Shown in pieces: positions 46,535 to 61,500 of a stretch of DNA of 64,000 bases. A program made the position numbers and the translations under genes. Where the stretch lies: assembly GCA_002633005.1 (NCBI GenBank), contig NMRA01000117.1, forward strand, positions 124,001 to 188,000. The letters are read 5' to 3'. Within the stretch, counting starts at the first letter, position 1; every line of letters begins with the position of its first letter. The notes under the pieces were generated by a model. The model was not told the DNA's origin and ran no database searches. It saw only the letters and a program-made list of their open reading frames with translations. The DNA comes from Phoronis australis. Taxonomy: Eukaryota > Animalia > Phoronida.

Positions 46535-49500
46535 CTGAAACAAAAAAGCACCAATAGCAACTTTGAAACCAAGAAAATAGGTCACTTTATTCTACTGTGA
46601 CTGAAAATAATTTTATCCTGTCCTCAACTGATGATTCAACAATAAGGCTTCAATGTTTTAACACTTTATGACATCACTCAGATTTCAACAGATGCTTCAA
46701 CTGCCAACAATAAGAAATATATAGCGCTTTATTGTTCACCTTCTATGAACATTTGTGAAATTTGAAAGAGATAATAAACACACAAGACTTGATTAAAATT
46801 CACAAAACAACTGCTATCGTGCCAGAAGCTGAATGATTAGGAGGCCTTTAGTCTGGAAATACAATTTTTTAAACATTTAATGTTCCTTGAGAGATTCAAT
46901 TGAAAAATGCATAACTCTGGTGTCAGCCTTTGTACCTCAGGAACAATTACAACTTTGAATGTCAAAAAATACAAACGCTGTGATTACAGCAGGATTACAA
47001 ACCATCTGCTTTGTATCTCCATATCCATGTTTCTGTAACAGAGCCCACAAGTTAGTGGCAAGTGTTAACATAGGAGGCTGACTCAGATCACCATGGGCGA
47101 CAATCGCATTAAACAAATATAATGCTAGTGTGGACTGTTTCCTCAAACCCTGCAATGAACACATGAGCAAACCAGCATGAGATGCATGGAATGGAAAATA
47201 GCATTTTACATTAAACCCAATTAAACTTTTACTGCAAAGAAAAAATTTCAGTGTGCTCAGACAATTTGATACAGTATCCTCTGGTGAGAGGTCATAACAC
47301 TAGTTGCAAAGTGAGACAGAGATGGCAACATTAAGAGTGACGCAAAATTATTACATCACACCTACCAATTACTCCAAACAATATGGTCGTGGCCTAATCA
47401 TATGCACTAACATACACATAACACAACTCAACAAAGTAACTTCAGTTTTCAAATATGAAGTTCATGTCGCAGCATCTGTGAACCATACAAACAAGCATGT
47501 TAACCACTTGTTTCCAAAAACAGAAATGAACTAGTTATTTTCCAGTTACAACTTTTTACCCAATGTAATTTCTCATAGAAAAGTGGCAAGAGTTAAGAGC
47601 CAAGATGCCAGAACATCCAAGATTACCCCAGTACAGGGTATGTGATACGGCTGCTGTGTCACAAATGTTGTTCTATCTATGATGCCTAGCAGAAGAACGC
47701 AAATACACTTTGGGAAGGAAACACCATGGAAAACAGATTTAAAGTGGTAAAGAGAAATGTCAGTTGTAAACTTGATGGAAATATAACATTATCATAACCA
47801 CTATTTTACCCACAATTCCACTCTTCAAGCACATGGACCAAGTTTCATACTGAGGGTTGAGATTACTGTACATTCATGGGTCACACACAAAAAGTTACCA
47901 ATTTTCTGTTTTTTATTAAACTGTTCTCTTTCTCTTAATACAGTAGGCCCCTTACAATGTTCTCTTCTGAAAAAATGTTGTGTTCGTGTCATCTGCTGTT
48001 TTTCTGCAATTGTAGTGAAACACAAACCTCATCACTCTGTTGTGCAATTTCTTTTAGATACGACAGGATGTTCTCCACCAGGGTGTCACTGATCTTCATG
48101 ACCTCTTGAATGAACTTCTGATCACCGCCATATAAGGCGTCATTTGAATCCACTGAAACACCAGTTGGGACCAATGAACAATGTGAAAGAAAATGGACAC
48201 AGTTTAGTGAATGAATATATACACAACAGGACCCCTTCCAGATTAAGAAAATATACTTCATCAGTAGTGCTGTAAATGAAAAAAAAATTAAAACCAGACA
48301 CTAATTCAAGGTAAACATTACATTTTGCACACTCAGAGCTACGTTTCTGGTAACCGTTTTATTGAAGATCTACCTTTGTCAGCTTGATAAGCATATGACT
48401 CTTGACAGGCTGCAGACAACATACAGATGGCGTTAGTGTACAGCAAAGCCTTCCCTTCACTGAGGGGATCCCAGGTATACTGCTCAAGAACATTCAGTAC
48501 TCCTCTAACTAAGTAAAGCACACCTTGATCTGGGTTGTCCTGAAAATACAAAGTTTGAATGTAAAGATGTTAATTTGCTCATCCATATTCCCAGGTAGTT
48601 GCATCCATTCATAGTCTGCACACATGTGTAATACACCCAATCATAGTCTGCACCCATGTAATACAATCACTGGGCAAACCAAAAGTATATGGTGTGTGTA
48701 ACTATGTAAAAGACAAAAGTAAAAAAGTTTTTAACTTACAAATCACAAGAAAAACCTTTTCATAAAACTGACAGTTTTCAACTGATTTGGCAAAACAATG
48801 GCATATCACATCAATGTTATCAAATCACGCAGTTCCTTACAGATCATTGAATATTTGACATAGAGCAAATTAAACTGGTTTCTTCAGCACAATGAGAATC
48901 TTAATCAAACACCTCCAGGATGCAGACAAGTAGGTGTTCTATAGTCAGTAGAAAGGTTACTCAGAATTTTTCATATTTAGAATTCAATAAATCTAGAGTG
49001 CACTTCACGAAACTAAGTTCAAAGGCAGAGTTGTAACTTTGAACATGGGGATTTAATAATTTAGTTTTGGATGATATAGCAGCAGGAAAGCGGTTTTGGT
49101 TAAAGACATCATTTCTTGACATGCATTGAAATCCCAATCTTGAGTAGATCTACTGTTGTGGTATTAAACAAAGACCAAGCAATGTTTAAAGTAACAGATC
49201 CCTGTCCCACTGAATGGAACAAGACAGGCTTTCAAACTTACTGGCACAATAAGTAGAGAAGACAGGAAGTTTGAGATGTATTGCACAAGGAGGGGTTCTG
49301 TTGGTTTCATTTTTCCATCCATCTCCATGGTTCTTGGCACCTCCAGGATGCAGGAGACAGCAGCTTTGAAAAAGGCATCGGCTACAAAGGAACAGTACAG
49401 TGAATTGAGTACAAGTCACAAAACGAGAAATCAAGCGTGTACATAAAACGTGGATATGACCTGTACAAAACAACATTAACATTTGCACAATCACCACATT

Positions 49501-52500
49501 ACATTCATGTATATAGGATCCATTCTTTCATTGTAGCACAATGTAGCATTTTTGTGCAATATATAGGTCTACCCGAGTAAGCCGTTGTAAGGTTATTGAG
49601 CTAGACAAAATAATATAAAGGTACATGGTGGCGAGATGACTACTACTGTACACCATCAATTGCCATGTCTGTGACAGGTAATTATACTGACATTCACGTA
49701 CAAGAGAACCACACAAAGTTGTTCAACATTGCACCTAGATTTGTAAACAGTAGTGATCGTATATGAATGACGGTTGCACACCAATGCATCTAGAAATGTA
49801 AACAGTATTGACAAGTGATCATGTATTAATGACGGTTGTATCATTTAGGTCAGTGTCATCACTTATGCATCTATTGTCTGTCTACATAACTGATACATGG
49901 AACAGAATGACAAAAAAGCCTAGCAAAGTATACTGAAGTAAAAGAAACCCCTTGAAAAAGCACACTGCGCAATATAATATGTGAAATATAGAAAGTGTAG
50001 TTTGCCATAAACATATTAAAACATCTGTAGTGATGTCTTCAACAATATATAATCTAATCAATTGACGAACAAAATTATCACCTTGCGAAAGGCAACCATT
50101 GAGCATAGCCACCTGTCCAGAAGATAAATAAAGGTCGAGTCGGCTCAAGACACTTTGTAATGATGGAATTGTGATGAAAGTGTAAGCAGCACATGCCTGG
50201 AAGTAAAATGGAAGAACAGATTGTAAAGACGTGCCAAGAAAACTCTTGTTCTTGAATGACATTGCTAACTTCAAGAAATTTGTAAAAGAACAACGATTTC
50301 CAAAATGAAATGATTAAAATTAGTACACAACTATTTTATGGATACAAAGCAGTATATGAATAAACAATCTGTTTGAAGGAACAATTAAAATTCAGCAAAA
50401 TATTCTATTCCACACTCCAAACAACAGCCTGATAAACCACATGACAAAGAGAGTGAAAATATTTCCGCAAACACTATGAACTTGATGAACACTGTTTCAC
50501 TTAATTCTAAAAGCACTGATGAAGCCAAATGCTAGATAATTGTTTTAAGTGACTAAAATCTTTACATTTTATGATTTACCTACCCTAACAAATGCAGCAG
50601 TCTTTCTCGAATGACTCCCCTTCACCACATTTCGAGTAAGCATAGCTAAGTTGTTAACACTCTGTGGGAAGAAACACTGAATGTTTACAAAGTATAGCAA
50701 CTAGCATATTGTGTTAGGGAAAATTGTGTTTCATCTAGTAACTTAAACACAAGAGATCTCCATGATTATAGTAAATAACAAGGGAACATGTTTGTGATGT
50801 CCATGTGCATCATTGAAATAATCAGTAACACACTAAAGTAGAAGCAAAGGCTTGATGTTAACATAGTCACTACAATTATTGTTAATGTTCAACATATGAT
50901 GGCAATCTCATGTAATCAAAATGACCTGTGATTGGTACAAAATTTTCACCTCATTTTAATTAACATGTTACCCACAACTGACAAATGGTGTCGAACACCT
51001 AGAATTCCACCACTAACCTGAATCAAGTAGATGAGAACACTATCCAAATTGGTGAATGAAGCTCGTGTCTCAACATAGAAACTGAGCTGTTGCTCTAAGT
51101 CTCGACCAAAAGATATGCTCTGAATGAAAGAACAAATGAGGCCGGACAAAGCTCTCTTCTCATCTTCAAGAGTTAGTGCGCTGAAACAACAGTTCATGAC
51201 AAATCTCAGATTCAGCCATGATGTTAAACTATGTAGGTATCATTTTACCAAAAACCTGACTTGTCAATTATCCTAGACATTTTGCAACATTTCCACATTG
51301 TTAGTTCCCAGGGTGTAAATAATTATGTCTGGAATTTTTTTCAAAGAAATGTGATTGATAAATGTTTGATTTCGTCACTTTTATTTTTTGTACAATGATT
51401 TCAGACTGCATTTGATCTTTTGTTAGTCACCGTGTTTTCAAGGTGAAATACAATGAAGAGACAAGACTTTCTTGCAGACACAAGCAGACCAAGGGTCATA
51501 TTGCCCGTTCCAAATAATCTTTTTATATGCCAGGAAATCTAAATTATTCTAATGGAGCATTATTTATAGTTAGTTGTCATGTCAGTGTTTCTCAGGTAGA
51601 TTATCTCCCCTTGACACACAACTAAGTACTGTTCAACTTACTTGACAGAATCATGCATCGTCTTGCAAACAAACATCAATGAGTTAATGATGACTGGATC
51701 ATTGGTGCTTCCATGCTGGCTTCTGCAAAAGAGACTTTGTACATTTGAAGCTGAATTTTGCCTTGTTTAACTGATTAAAAACAAAAATTGAATTAGGCTA
51801 TTTATTGTCATAAAATTGGTCTCATAATATTCCTTAGCGTTATAGAATTCTATTTCCATTGTTAACAAGAACATCGAAACCATCAGTAACTCAAGGAAAT
51901 GCTTCAAGTTTTATTGGGTTTCGCCAATTCTAAAACTGAGCTCTTGTTTTTGACACTGAAATCGCAAAGAATGATTTTTTCCATTTCTGAGATTGAGCAA
52001 CACCAGACAAAATATGCACACCAACTATTTATAATTTGGTAAAAACGAGAGAAGTTACTAACTAGAAGACTATGAGTAACTAGGTAAGCAGAACATTTCG
52101 AGCCTGCAGCTCAGGCCCCTGTTCAAGTGACTGATTTTTTCAGCGTTGTTGAACCCCCCACTTAACTCATGACCAGGGACTACAACTACCTCCCATGTAT
52201 GACAAGGTGTTACTTCCAGTTCAACAATGGTGGGAAGATCAGTCATGTGAACAAGGGCCTGAGCTGCAGTGTTGAAACATTATGTTACCTAAGTTATAGT
52301 CTTCTAGTAAGTAACTTCTCGATGAATTATGAACACTTTTAGCCATATTTATAATTTCTTTAAGCCATGATACCAACTTAACATAACCTTCCATGATTGT
52401 CCTACAAACATCAACCTTGACACTTTCCTTCTGGAACAGGTCAATGAACTGCATGAACTTGTCCTGGAAAAGAACACAGTTCTGTACAAGCACACAATGT

Positions 52501-55500
52501 CATTTAAGTAAAGTTTACATTTCCAGAGCTAAAAAAAAATCGTAATTTAGTGCAGTGCAAACTCATATGTCACATTCTAGTACAAGAAACGTTCTTGTCA
52601 CTGAGGCAATGTTGAAAGACCAGTGATTTTGTTGGTTTAAATTTGTGAGGGAGTCAATTGTTGAAGTTAGATGGAACCTTTTGTATGCCAGGTCTGGGTT
52701 ACAAAAAAGATCAAAAAATGTTTGCTGGATAAATTTAATGGTTAGATGACATGAAAATCATTGCTGAACAACATCAATGTGATGGATGATAGACGGGTAG
52801 ATTCGCTGTTATGCAACATAAAGCATTACGTCACCACGCCCTCTAGTACACAGTGTTTAAGCAAGTTACTTACCAGACCAAAAAGCATGGAGAAGTCAGT
52901 AATGTGAACCATAATTTTGGAAACTATCGACTGAAGTTGTCCATAAAAATCTTCAAAAGCCCGGTCTGGAGTCATGTGTTTGATGATGTCAGCTAATATT
53001 GTATTGATCTCACGCTTCTGTAAAGTACAAATTGACACACTCGCATCATGATATGATTATGTGCAATTTGTTTCTATGCTTATGTTTATTCAACCTTGAA
53101 AAAAGCCATGATTATCTGTTACCACATGTTAACAATCACAAAAATTATGTTCTTATCATGAACCTGGGATCTACACAAAGTAATGTACTCAAACATTATG
53201 TTCTGATCATGAATCCTGGGATCAACACAAGGTCAAATGATGAACAAGTCAGCTGCCAATCTTATGGTAAAAACACACAATTTCAACAGCGTTAAAACAA
53301 AAACAGAAACAATGAGGTACTTGGTGACAGAAAAGCACTTACAGAAAAATGCTTCACAACATATTCAATCCAGACTTCTGCACAGGAAATGTAATCCTGA
53401 AAAGAAATGAAACATCGAGTGCAAAAATAAGAAAGTGAAACAACAATGTCAATCATGAAAGTCTGTGAAAGCATCTTAACTCTTACGAAAAGATTTTATA
53501 AACATGAGTGAAAAGTCAAACGACATAAAAATGGACATAAGAAATTAAAAGTTCTCAATTAGTACAATCAGATTCGATTCGGCATGAATGAAAAATTGAA
53601 ACGCGCTACTGCGAATACAAGTGAGAAACCCAATGAAAACATTTTATTGCAATCTGACAAAAGAATTATTTTCCATTATAAAAATAGAATATTTTTGCTG
53701 CAGTGCACCCTGACAAAGAAACGTAAATATTTTACCAGCATACTTATCCACATTAGAGGAATGAGGATATGAGCGAGGGGAAGCAAGGAATTTAAAAGAC
53801 AGCCATATTGAATGGCCGAGACATAACAGATGGGTAGCCATATTGAATGGCCGAGACATAACAAAAGGGTGGCATGTTAGTGGTTTGAATAGGACATTTA
53901 TTTTCTGAATTAACATATTTAAACATTTTATGTTTTTTCACAGTAAAACGGAGATTTTTTGCAACAATATGTACAGTTGGTATTCCGTATGTTTCAGATA
54001 GCCTAAGCACTTCTTAAAACAACTCTCAAAGGGAAACCAACTCCATGAACATGTCAGTCTAGCAGTTATCAGGCCACAACATGTAAGCCAATCAGTCAAC
54101 AGACCACTGCAAGGCCATACAACACCCGGTTATGGTTATATAGGACCTTACGGACAAGTCTATATTCTGCAGAATATTTACAAAACTATAGATTTAAACT
54201 CGGTAGGAAGCAAGAATTTGGTTTTTGGCTTTTTACCAAGCTGCCAACAATTGGGTCACAAGACCCTGTATTTTTGGAAAAATTTTAGTGAACAAAGGTA
54301 CATTCATAGCAAAACAATAGTATCAATGTTGTGACCAAATTTTGATTGATGTAAATAATCAATATGAAAATTCTAAATGCTGTTACAATTTTCTGAATTA
54401 TCATTTTGTCTTCCATTTATGTAACCTTTATGTTTTTTCATGAAAATCAAAAAAATTCTTATGCATAAGTGGAACATTTTAAAAGCAATCCCTATCACCA
54501 TTGTGCAGAACAGTGCATTAAGAGTAATATTTGAGATTCCAATCAGCCATTTCTGAAATATGATGTTTCAATGTTAGTCAAATAATGGACATTTTTCTAA
54601 GGTTCTACAAAACCTAATTTCTTCAGTGACGTGGCATTACACTGAGAATAGATAAATTTGCCATGGACCGTAGACCAGGTAAGAAATAATACACCTTTAT
54701 AAGAGTATGATCAGTCTTATATCTTCCTCATGTAGATGGAAGGAGACTGGGATAGACAGAAAGGAATCTTCAGGAGTATGTTAAATTCTATGTCTGTTCA
54801 CTTGGCTTCAGTGGATGAGGAAGGATACTTCAAAGCATCAGAAGCTATGTAACACCTTCTTGTCAAACCATAGTCGCATTTAAGAAACTCAGCTGTTGAG
54901 CATTTCAAATTGGCATGGCATACTAACGTCATCAATTCATAAATTGTGTGATATTTACCTCAGGGTTCCTCAGCTTCATGACCGTTTTCCATACTTCATT
55001 CAGTACAGAAAGTTTCTGGTCCTCTGGTGGATCAGCCAATACTATACATAGCCCCAGACTGCGGTAGAGCATGTGCTAAAATGAAGAATATTATACTGGT
55101 GACTGGATCACCCAGAAGTGTACACATGCTTGTATAATGCTATGGCATTGGTTAACTACAAAACAAAATGAATATGGGTGTCACCACTGAAACAGCTGAT
55201 CAACGGGAAGGTTTGTTTTTGATGCACCAATGATATTCACAGACACCTCAATTCAACTAAAATAATTTAACAGGAGCACATAAATAAGTTTTTAAATTGA
55301 TTTAATTAATAACAAAATTGTTGAAAACTATCTGCACATTTACTCTTAGCTAAAAAATAGCTCTTACCCATTTCTTTCGAGGGTTGGCCCTACAGTTGAC
55401 TGACACGAGATTATTAACCTATATAGTTTAAGTCATTCTAACACTCTCCTACCCGTAAGAAATATCTTCAGATTTGTACTTATTGCCATCATGAACTAGA

Positions 55501-58500
55501 AACATTGAACGTCTTTTCATGTCTGTAACGCAAGAGTTTTTAGATGAACCTTGCATCTGGACAAGAAGAATCTTCACATGGCTTTGAATAAGGAAACAAT
55601 GTTATTTGGAGCATCTGTTTGTACCAGCAATGAAGTATTATATCGGATTCTTTTAAAATATAAGAGACTTGACATATACACGCACATATGCACGCACGCA
55701 AACACTCACACATATATAATAACAAAACAACAAACAAGAGTAAGACTTTGTGACGTTAATTGTAACAAGAATTCAACATTAAAAAACAACACATTGTTAT
55801 AAAACATCAAATATGTAGAATCCAATGGTGTGTAGAAGCAGTAGTTACAAATTTCTGCACAACAGTCAAGTTAAATTTATGTATTACCCTTCTGTGTTTG
55901 ATTTGATATTTTGCATATACCTATTATAATCATAATTGTAAAACAAACCTGGAAAGAAAGAAATAAATATATTAAAAAGTATACGTAGATTACATTAGTG
56001 TACTCACCTTAGGAAACCCAGTTTCCTCGCATTCTCTTATCATCACTGTAAACTGCATGGCACGAGTTGCGATGAACTCTGGCTTGAACGCTGACATGAT
56101 GGAGTTCAGTAAGAGAGCACTACAAAAATATGGCAGGATATTAAACTGTAAACTGCTCATTGTCACTGTGTCAGTTCTACATGGCTAAATTAGGTCATAA
56201 TGTGATGAAGCAGAATAACTATCATTATTAAGTACCAGAAGTCATATCACATTTTCAAGCAACAAAAGTTTACTGGGATACTTTTCTAAAAAAAAAAGTA
56301 CCTCGAAGGGAAAAGTCAAAATGTTTTATATTACCCTTTGTAAACATAGAAATAAACGCTACTCATCCTTGACCTATTTTACAGTGCGGTTCACTCAGAC
56401 TCAGTGAACAATCCATGCAACATTCACAAGGTGACGTGGTCAGTTTCCATCACCTTGTTTCTGCCACTGTGCTCCATTTCACTGAGCAAAGAAAATAACT
56501 CCTTCTAGATCAAACACCGTTTGAAATAGAGTAGTATGAAGAATGATGTACATAAATGAAATAACTTGCTGCAATCCTTCATAAAGGAGTTCCAATAAAT
56601 GCAACACTTGGTGCATGTCCCAAACAGAAGAATTTTGATGGCATATACGACACAGGGTGAATTTCCTTAGATACAACATGAAATCAGGGCTGCCTTCCGT
56701 AGATGCAAGACACTTGCAAGTAAATCTAGTATGATCACAGGCTTTGCTGGTAATGCACACTGATATTTCAAAGAGACTTGCATGACCTAACATTTTTGCA
56801 AGTTTCTTAAATCCATGGAACATGTCCGTGTACATACCTGTTACAATTTTCTTTACAGTTGTTCAGGATATGGGTCAGCGTTTGATCCGTGGCCTTCTGT
56901 GCAATACAGTGTAAAATCCAGTCAAGGGCCGGGCAGTAAAGAGTCAAGTACTTTGGTGTTTCCATGTTCTGAGAGGCCAGGGTATTCTGTACACTGTCAC
57001 TTTGCAACTAAAATGGACAAAAAGTGAGTTTTAAACGTAATTGCAATTTTACTTTTGTTGTGTAATGATTCATATTGTCATGGAAACAAGAATGAACACG
57101 TTGAAAAATCAGAAATGTTTGTGCTTCGATGAAATAATACGATAAAGAGTAAAATTCAAGAAAATTCCATGGTGTACATTTTCAACTGTGTCGAATACAA
57201 AATAACATCTACCAGAGACAGCGAGAAACAAAAACATCTAACGGTAGAAATAAAAACTATCCACTAATACGTTTCATAGCACATATGATAATGTGTCACA
57301 CAAGTAAATTTCAGAAAAGATGTACTTTTACTTTTTGTACATACTGGATAAATACACAGACTTGTTGCTAAGCAACCTTTAGTAATCCAGAACTGGCATT
57401 TTGCAACACGCAGAAAATTTGTCTCCCATAAGTTAGGCACGCCCATAATTTTTGGTCAATCTAAACAAGCAGAAGGCCAATTCCTCTTGCAGCATATGAG
57501 AGGCCACAAGTGAGACCGGACTAATGACCTAACTATGGATAGCGAAAGACATCATACACGCAAAGGTTTGTGGGACAGCCATCATCTCGAGCAGCACCAC
57601 AGGAAAACGTAGCTATATGACCTGCAGAGAACATTTTATTTTCGTAGCATTTTAAGGAGCCAGTTAGTTCAGTTTACCATACTTAGATACGAGTCTATCT
57701 AAAATCTATCCAAAATCAATTGCCAATGTACCAAGCAGACGATCACCTGTATGATGTTTTCTGGACTGTGGATAAGAGGACTCATATCCCATAAATTTAT
57801 GCTCCTTCACATTGAATTTCAGTATCCGTAAAAAAATCAATTTCACAAAACACTTGAGGGCAGGCCATGGCAACCCGTTAATATGTCACAGCTTCTTCAT
57901 AAGAAGCCTTAAAATCTCTTCAACATATTTGGTCATCAGATTCACTGCCTGTACTCTGAGCTTCAAATGTTCCCAGTGATACATGTATGGCCCGCTAAGT
58001 CACAGATACTTGATAGAATTTGCACCATACATCTAATGTCCAGTATGTCAAAACTCAGTAGCATTTAATCTATTAGTTTTAATAGTAGTATTACTAAATT
58101 CTCCTGAGTTTCACTAAAGGAGTCGAATGAAGTCTAATAAGTCTGTCTGTAGTCTTTCTGCAACCAGTTACGACATAAGACTTGACTTAGCAAAAGCTGA
58201 CATTTTTTATTTTTCAGTGTGTTCAGAGCTTAACCCTAATTTGTCCATTCAAAGGGCAGTTAAAATTAACAAACATTAATTTTCCGAAAGTACTTTTCAA
58301 GGCCAGTGCAGAACATAGAGAACAAATTAAAGGTGGTTCACCTGTGAATAACAAGTCAAGAAGTCATTGTAGCACGGCATTTGATGATCCCTGATGTGTG
58401 GTGCCACATGAACACCAACCTGAAGTAGACAGAATAATGTATGAAACATCTGACGAAGGGAGATAATCAAAAACTAGTAAGTGAATGTAAAAGATTTTGC

Positions 58501-61500
58501 CAATAGATGTCATGATACTTGATATGCACTTTATTATCAAAGAGACATTTATGGTGAGTTCTAAACAAAGGAAAGTGTTTTTTCTTTTTGATTTTTTCCA
58601 AAAGCAGAGTTGCAGTAGGCCAGAAAATTGTATGTTTGATTCAAGTTTTCACCCTCAGTTTTTAGATGCTTTTGGTTTGGTTATAAGAAGTGAATGAAAT
58701 TGCTTTTCAACTGGTCAACATGAAAATGTTTACAAATGCCCATACAATACAGTTTTCGAGGTCAAATTCAAATTAAAATAGAACAACTATGAGGTTAATT
58801 ATTTGATTGTAGAAATGTTTGTTAGATTAATTACGATTGGTCTCCAGAATTGTGTAAAGTTTTGAGTTCTAACTTGCCTAAAACATTGAAAAAGGATTAC
58901 AATCAGACAAAACAAATTACTGTTGACAAAAACATGTAAGGTCACTAAGAAAATTGTTCACAGCAGCCAGTCATTTTACTGATCACGACATGCTTCAGGT
59001 CCTTTTTGTTTCTTAGTCATTCTGACAAAAAGGGCAGCCAGATCAGTCAGACCTTGGCAAAACATTCATGTTGATAAAAGTAAGAAAATCAAAATGCAGT
59101 TCTCATTTAAATGACAACATTGCCAGTTACAACAAAAAAAAACATGTTTACTAATATATATTTAGTGCACTTCCTATGCTCTGTAGGAACTAAAAGTAAG
59201 ACAGTCAGAACCAAAGTTGACACGGAAAAGCCAGTTCACAAAAATCAATGATTTTGGGTAACTTCAGGTACCCCGGTACCCCTTGTAACCATAACAACAG
59301 GTACATGTACATTTCCAATGAGCCTCAAGCTATCACTCGGTGCTGTATCATATATTTTGAGCTATCCAAATTATCATACCTGCAGAAAGGAAATGATCTG
59401 GCATACTTACTCGACACAGATAACACTTGGCATAGATGGAGACAAGTGGATCACCCACACCTCTAGTGACAGAGGCTAGTCTTAACAAGGTCTCCTTGTA
59501 CTCCCTGAAAATGTGGAAAGATCTCCAGTAACTTTTACTTGTCTCTCTTCCCTCCTTGACATGGAGTAAAATTGGTTTGAACGGGGAGTCCAGGAGTGCA
59601 TACATGAAATAAAATCTCTGAACCTGAGAGAAGGCTTGAGATTCAACACACCTGGGACAGGATTCTGATTAAAGTTTCCTGCCGATTAACTCAACTCCAA
59701 CCTAATCCACCAGAGGTCGCACAGGCTTGAAAAACCCAGCAGACGCTGGTGAAAGGTTGCCCAGTAAAGACTCTGCAATTTTCTGCATATTTTACTTGCC
59801 TCTATTTCAAAAAATAGAACATCAAGCAAGATACAAAAGATACACTATTAAAAATCTTCCAAGAGTAACAGTTTCGAGTCAGCTCTAAAATGCAAGTCCG
59901 AAAATTTTGAAATATTTCAAAGAGGTGGATCAAAGAATTTTCTTTGGGGTCCCATTCTGAGTAGATAACACCTATGATGGCCATGTTTTTAAGGCAAAGT
60001 AATAATGAAAAATTGTCAAGATGTCTACAGTAGCCATACAAACATAGCATAACCAAGCACCTGACAACTACTTTTTACTCTCTGCAAAATAGCAGGTTTC
60101 TTAGAAACGTCCTACTTTTATACGAATGAACGTTTTCAGTCATCTAGGGTTCAACACTGAAGGTGTAAATAAATCGAGCCCTGAAACTTACATTATTGGA
60201 AATTGTTTTGGCCATGTCCCAAGGGCGTCTACTGACAGTTAGATGGGTAAGACTGAACAGTGACTGAGAAATGGGCTTAAACAACACTGGCATCCTAGTT
60301 ATGGCAAACCATATGGCTCTCCTGTATATACTCACCTTAACAACATGGGTTACCATTGTGATATACAAGATTTCAAAATACTGGATAAAGACCGATTGGT
60401 TATGGCGAGGAGTGGAGGTGATCCATGAAAGAATCAAAAAAACCATCTCTAAATAGGTTTGGGGGACTGTGGACTGCGTTTCAACTTACCTCATACTTAG
60501 GATCGGGTTGTGAGGTGTCTCTCAAGCCACCTGTCATGTGACACTGGTGGTGAAGAACACACCGGATCATTCAGCCAGTAGCTGACCTTGAGACAAGGTT
60601 GATACGTCACGTTTTCTGATAATTAAGTTCTAGTTCTTGATATATTTACACCTTCATTTTCCATACTTTTATTTAACCTACTGAGGATTGAGAAAGCTGT
60701 AACATTTCAAAATGGCTGACTCCACGTAGAATCTCGGAATCAGCTCTCGGATGGAAGCAATCTTGAAGAACCAGTTGCGACATGTTTCCTTGGCTGACTC
60801 TGGTACCTGGTCTGGTGTGAACTTCTCTATAAATAAACAGTATTGTTTCAGTTTTTGGGAACAATAGAATGAGCAAAAATAAGTAATCAAATATATTATG
60901 GAATTTTAAAGAGGAAAAAACAACAATGACTAGTCAAGAATAAAACCACTTTGATAAATTCTAAGCACTACGTCTGAAAATAACAAACATGCTGCATAAG
61001 CAAATGGCTCTATCAACAGTCTGAATATCTTTGTACCTGTTTCACACTTATCCTTCAAAAATCACCTACTTGCATATGAAGTATGAGTCTAGGGTAAAGC
61101 ACAAAGACCACATAGTTCAACAGATGATAATAATTCAACAATGATACTTCAGAAACAAGTATGTGCTGCCATGGTAATGTTATTTCACTCACCAGGTAGT
61201 TGGACAGGCACATTACTTCCTGGAGGATAGTACAGACTCTTGGTACGGATTCGTTGGTATACAAGTTTACCTAGAAACAGAAAAGTTCTCACTGCACTTT
61301 CAAAACTGTTCCCAAATTTGGCAAAACAGTCATCAAAACTGGCACAAACAGGAGTGGTAGTTCTGTCTAAACCAGTTCACCATAAATCATATTCAGGAAA
61401 AATACATCAATAATATTGCATCAGCATCTGTCCTCTTATGGCTCTGTAAAAGAGAAAGCCCTTTGCAAATTCCAAAGTTCTTGTGCTGAAAAACTTGATG

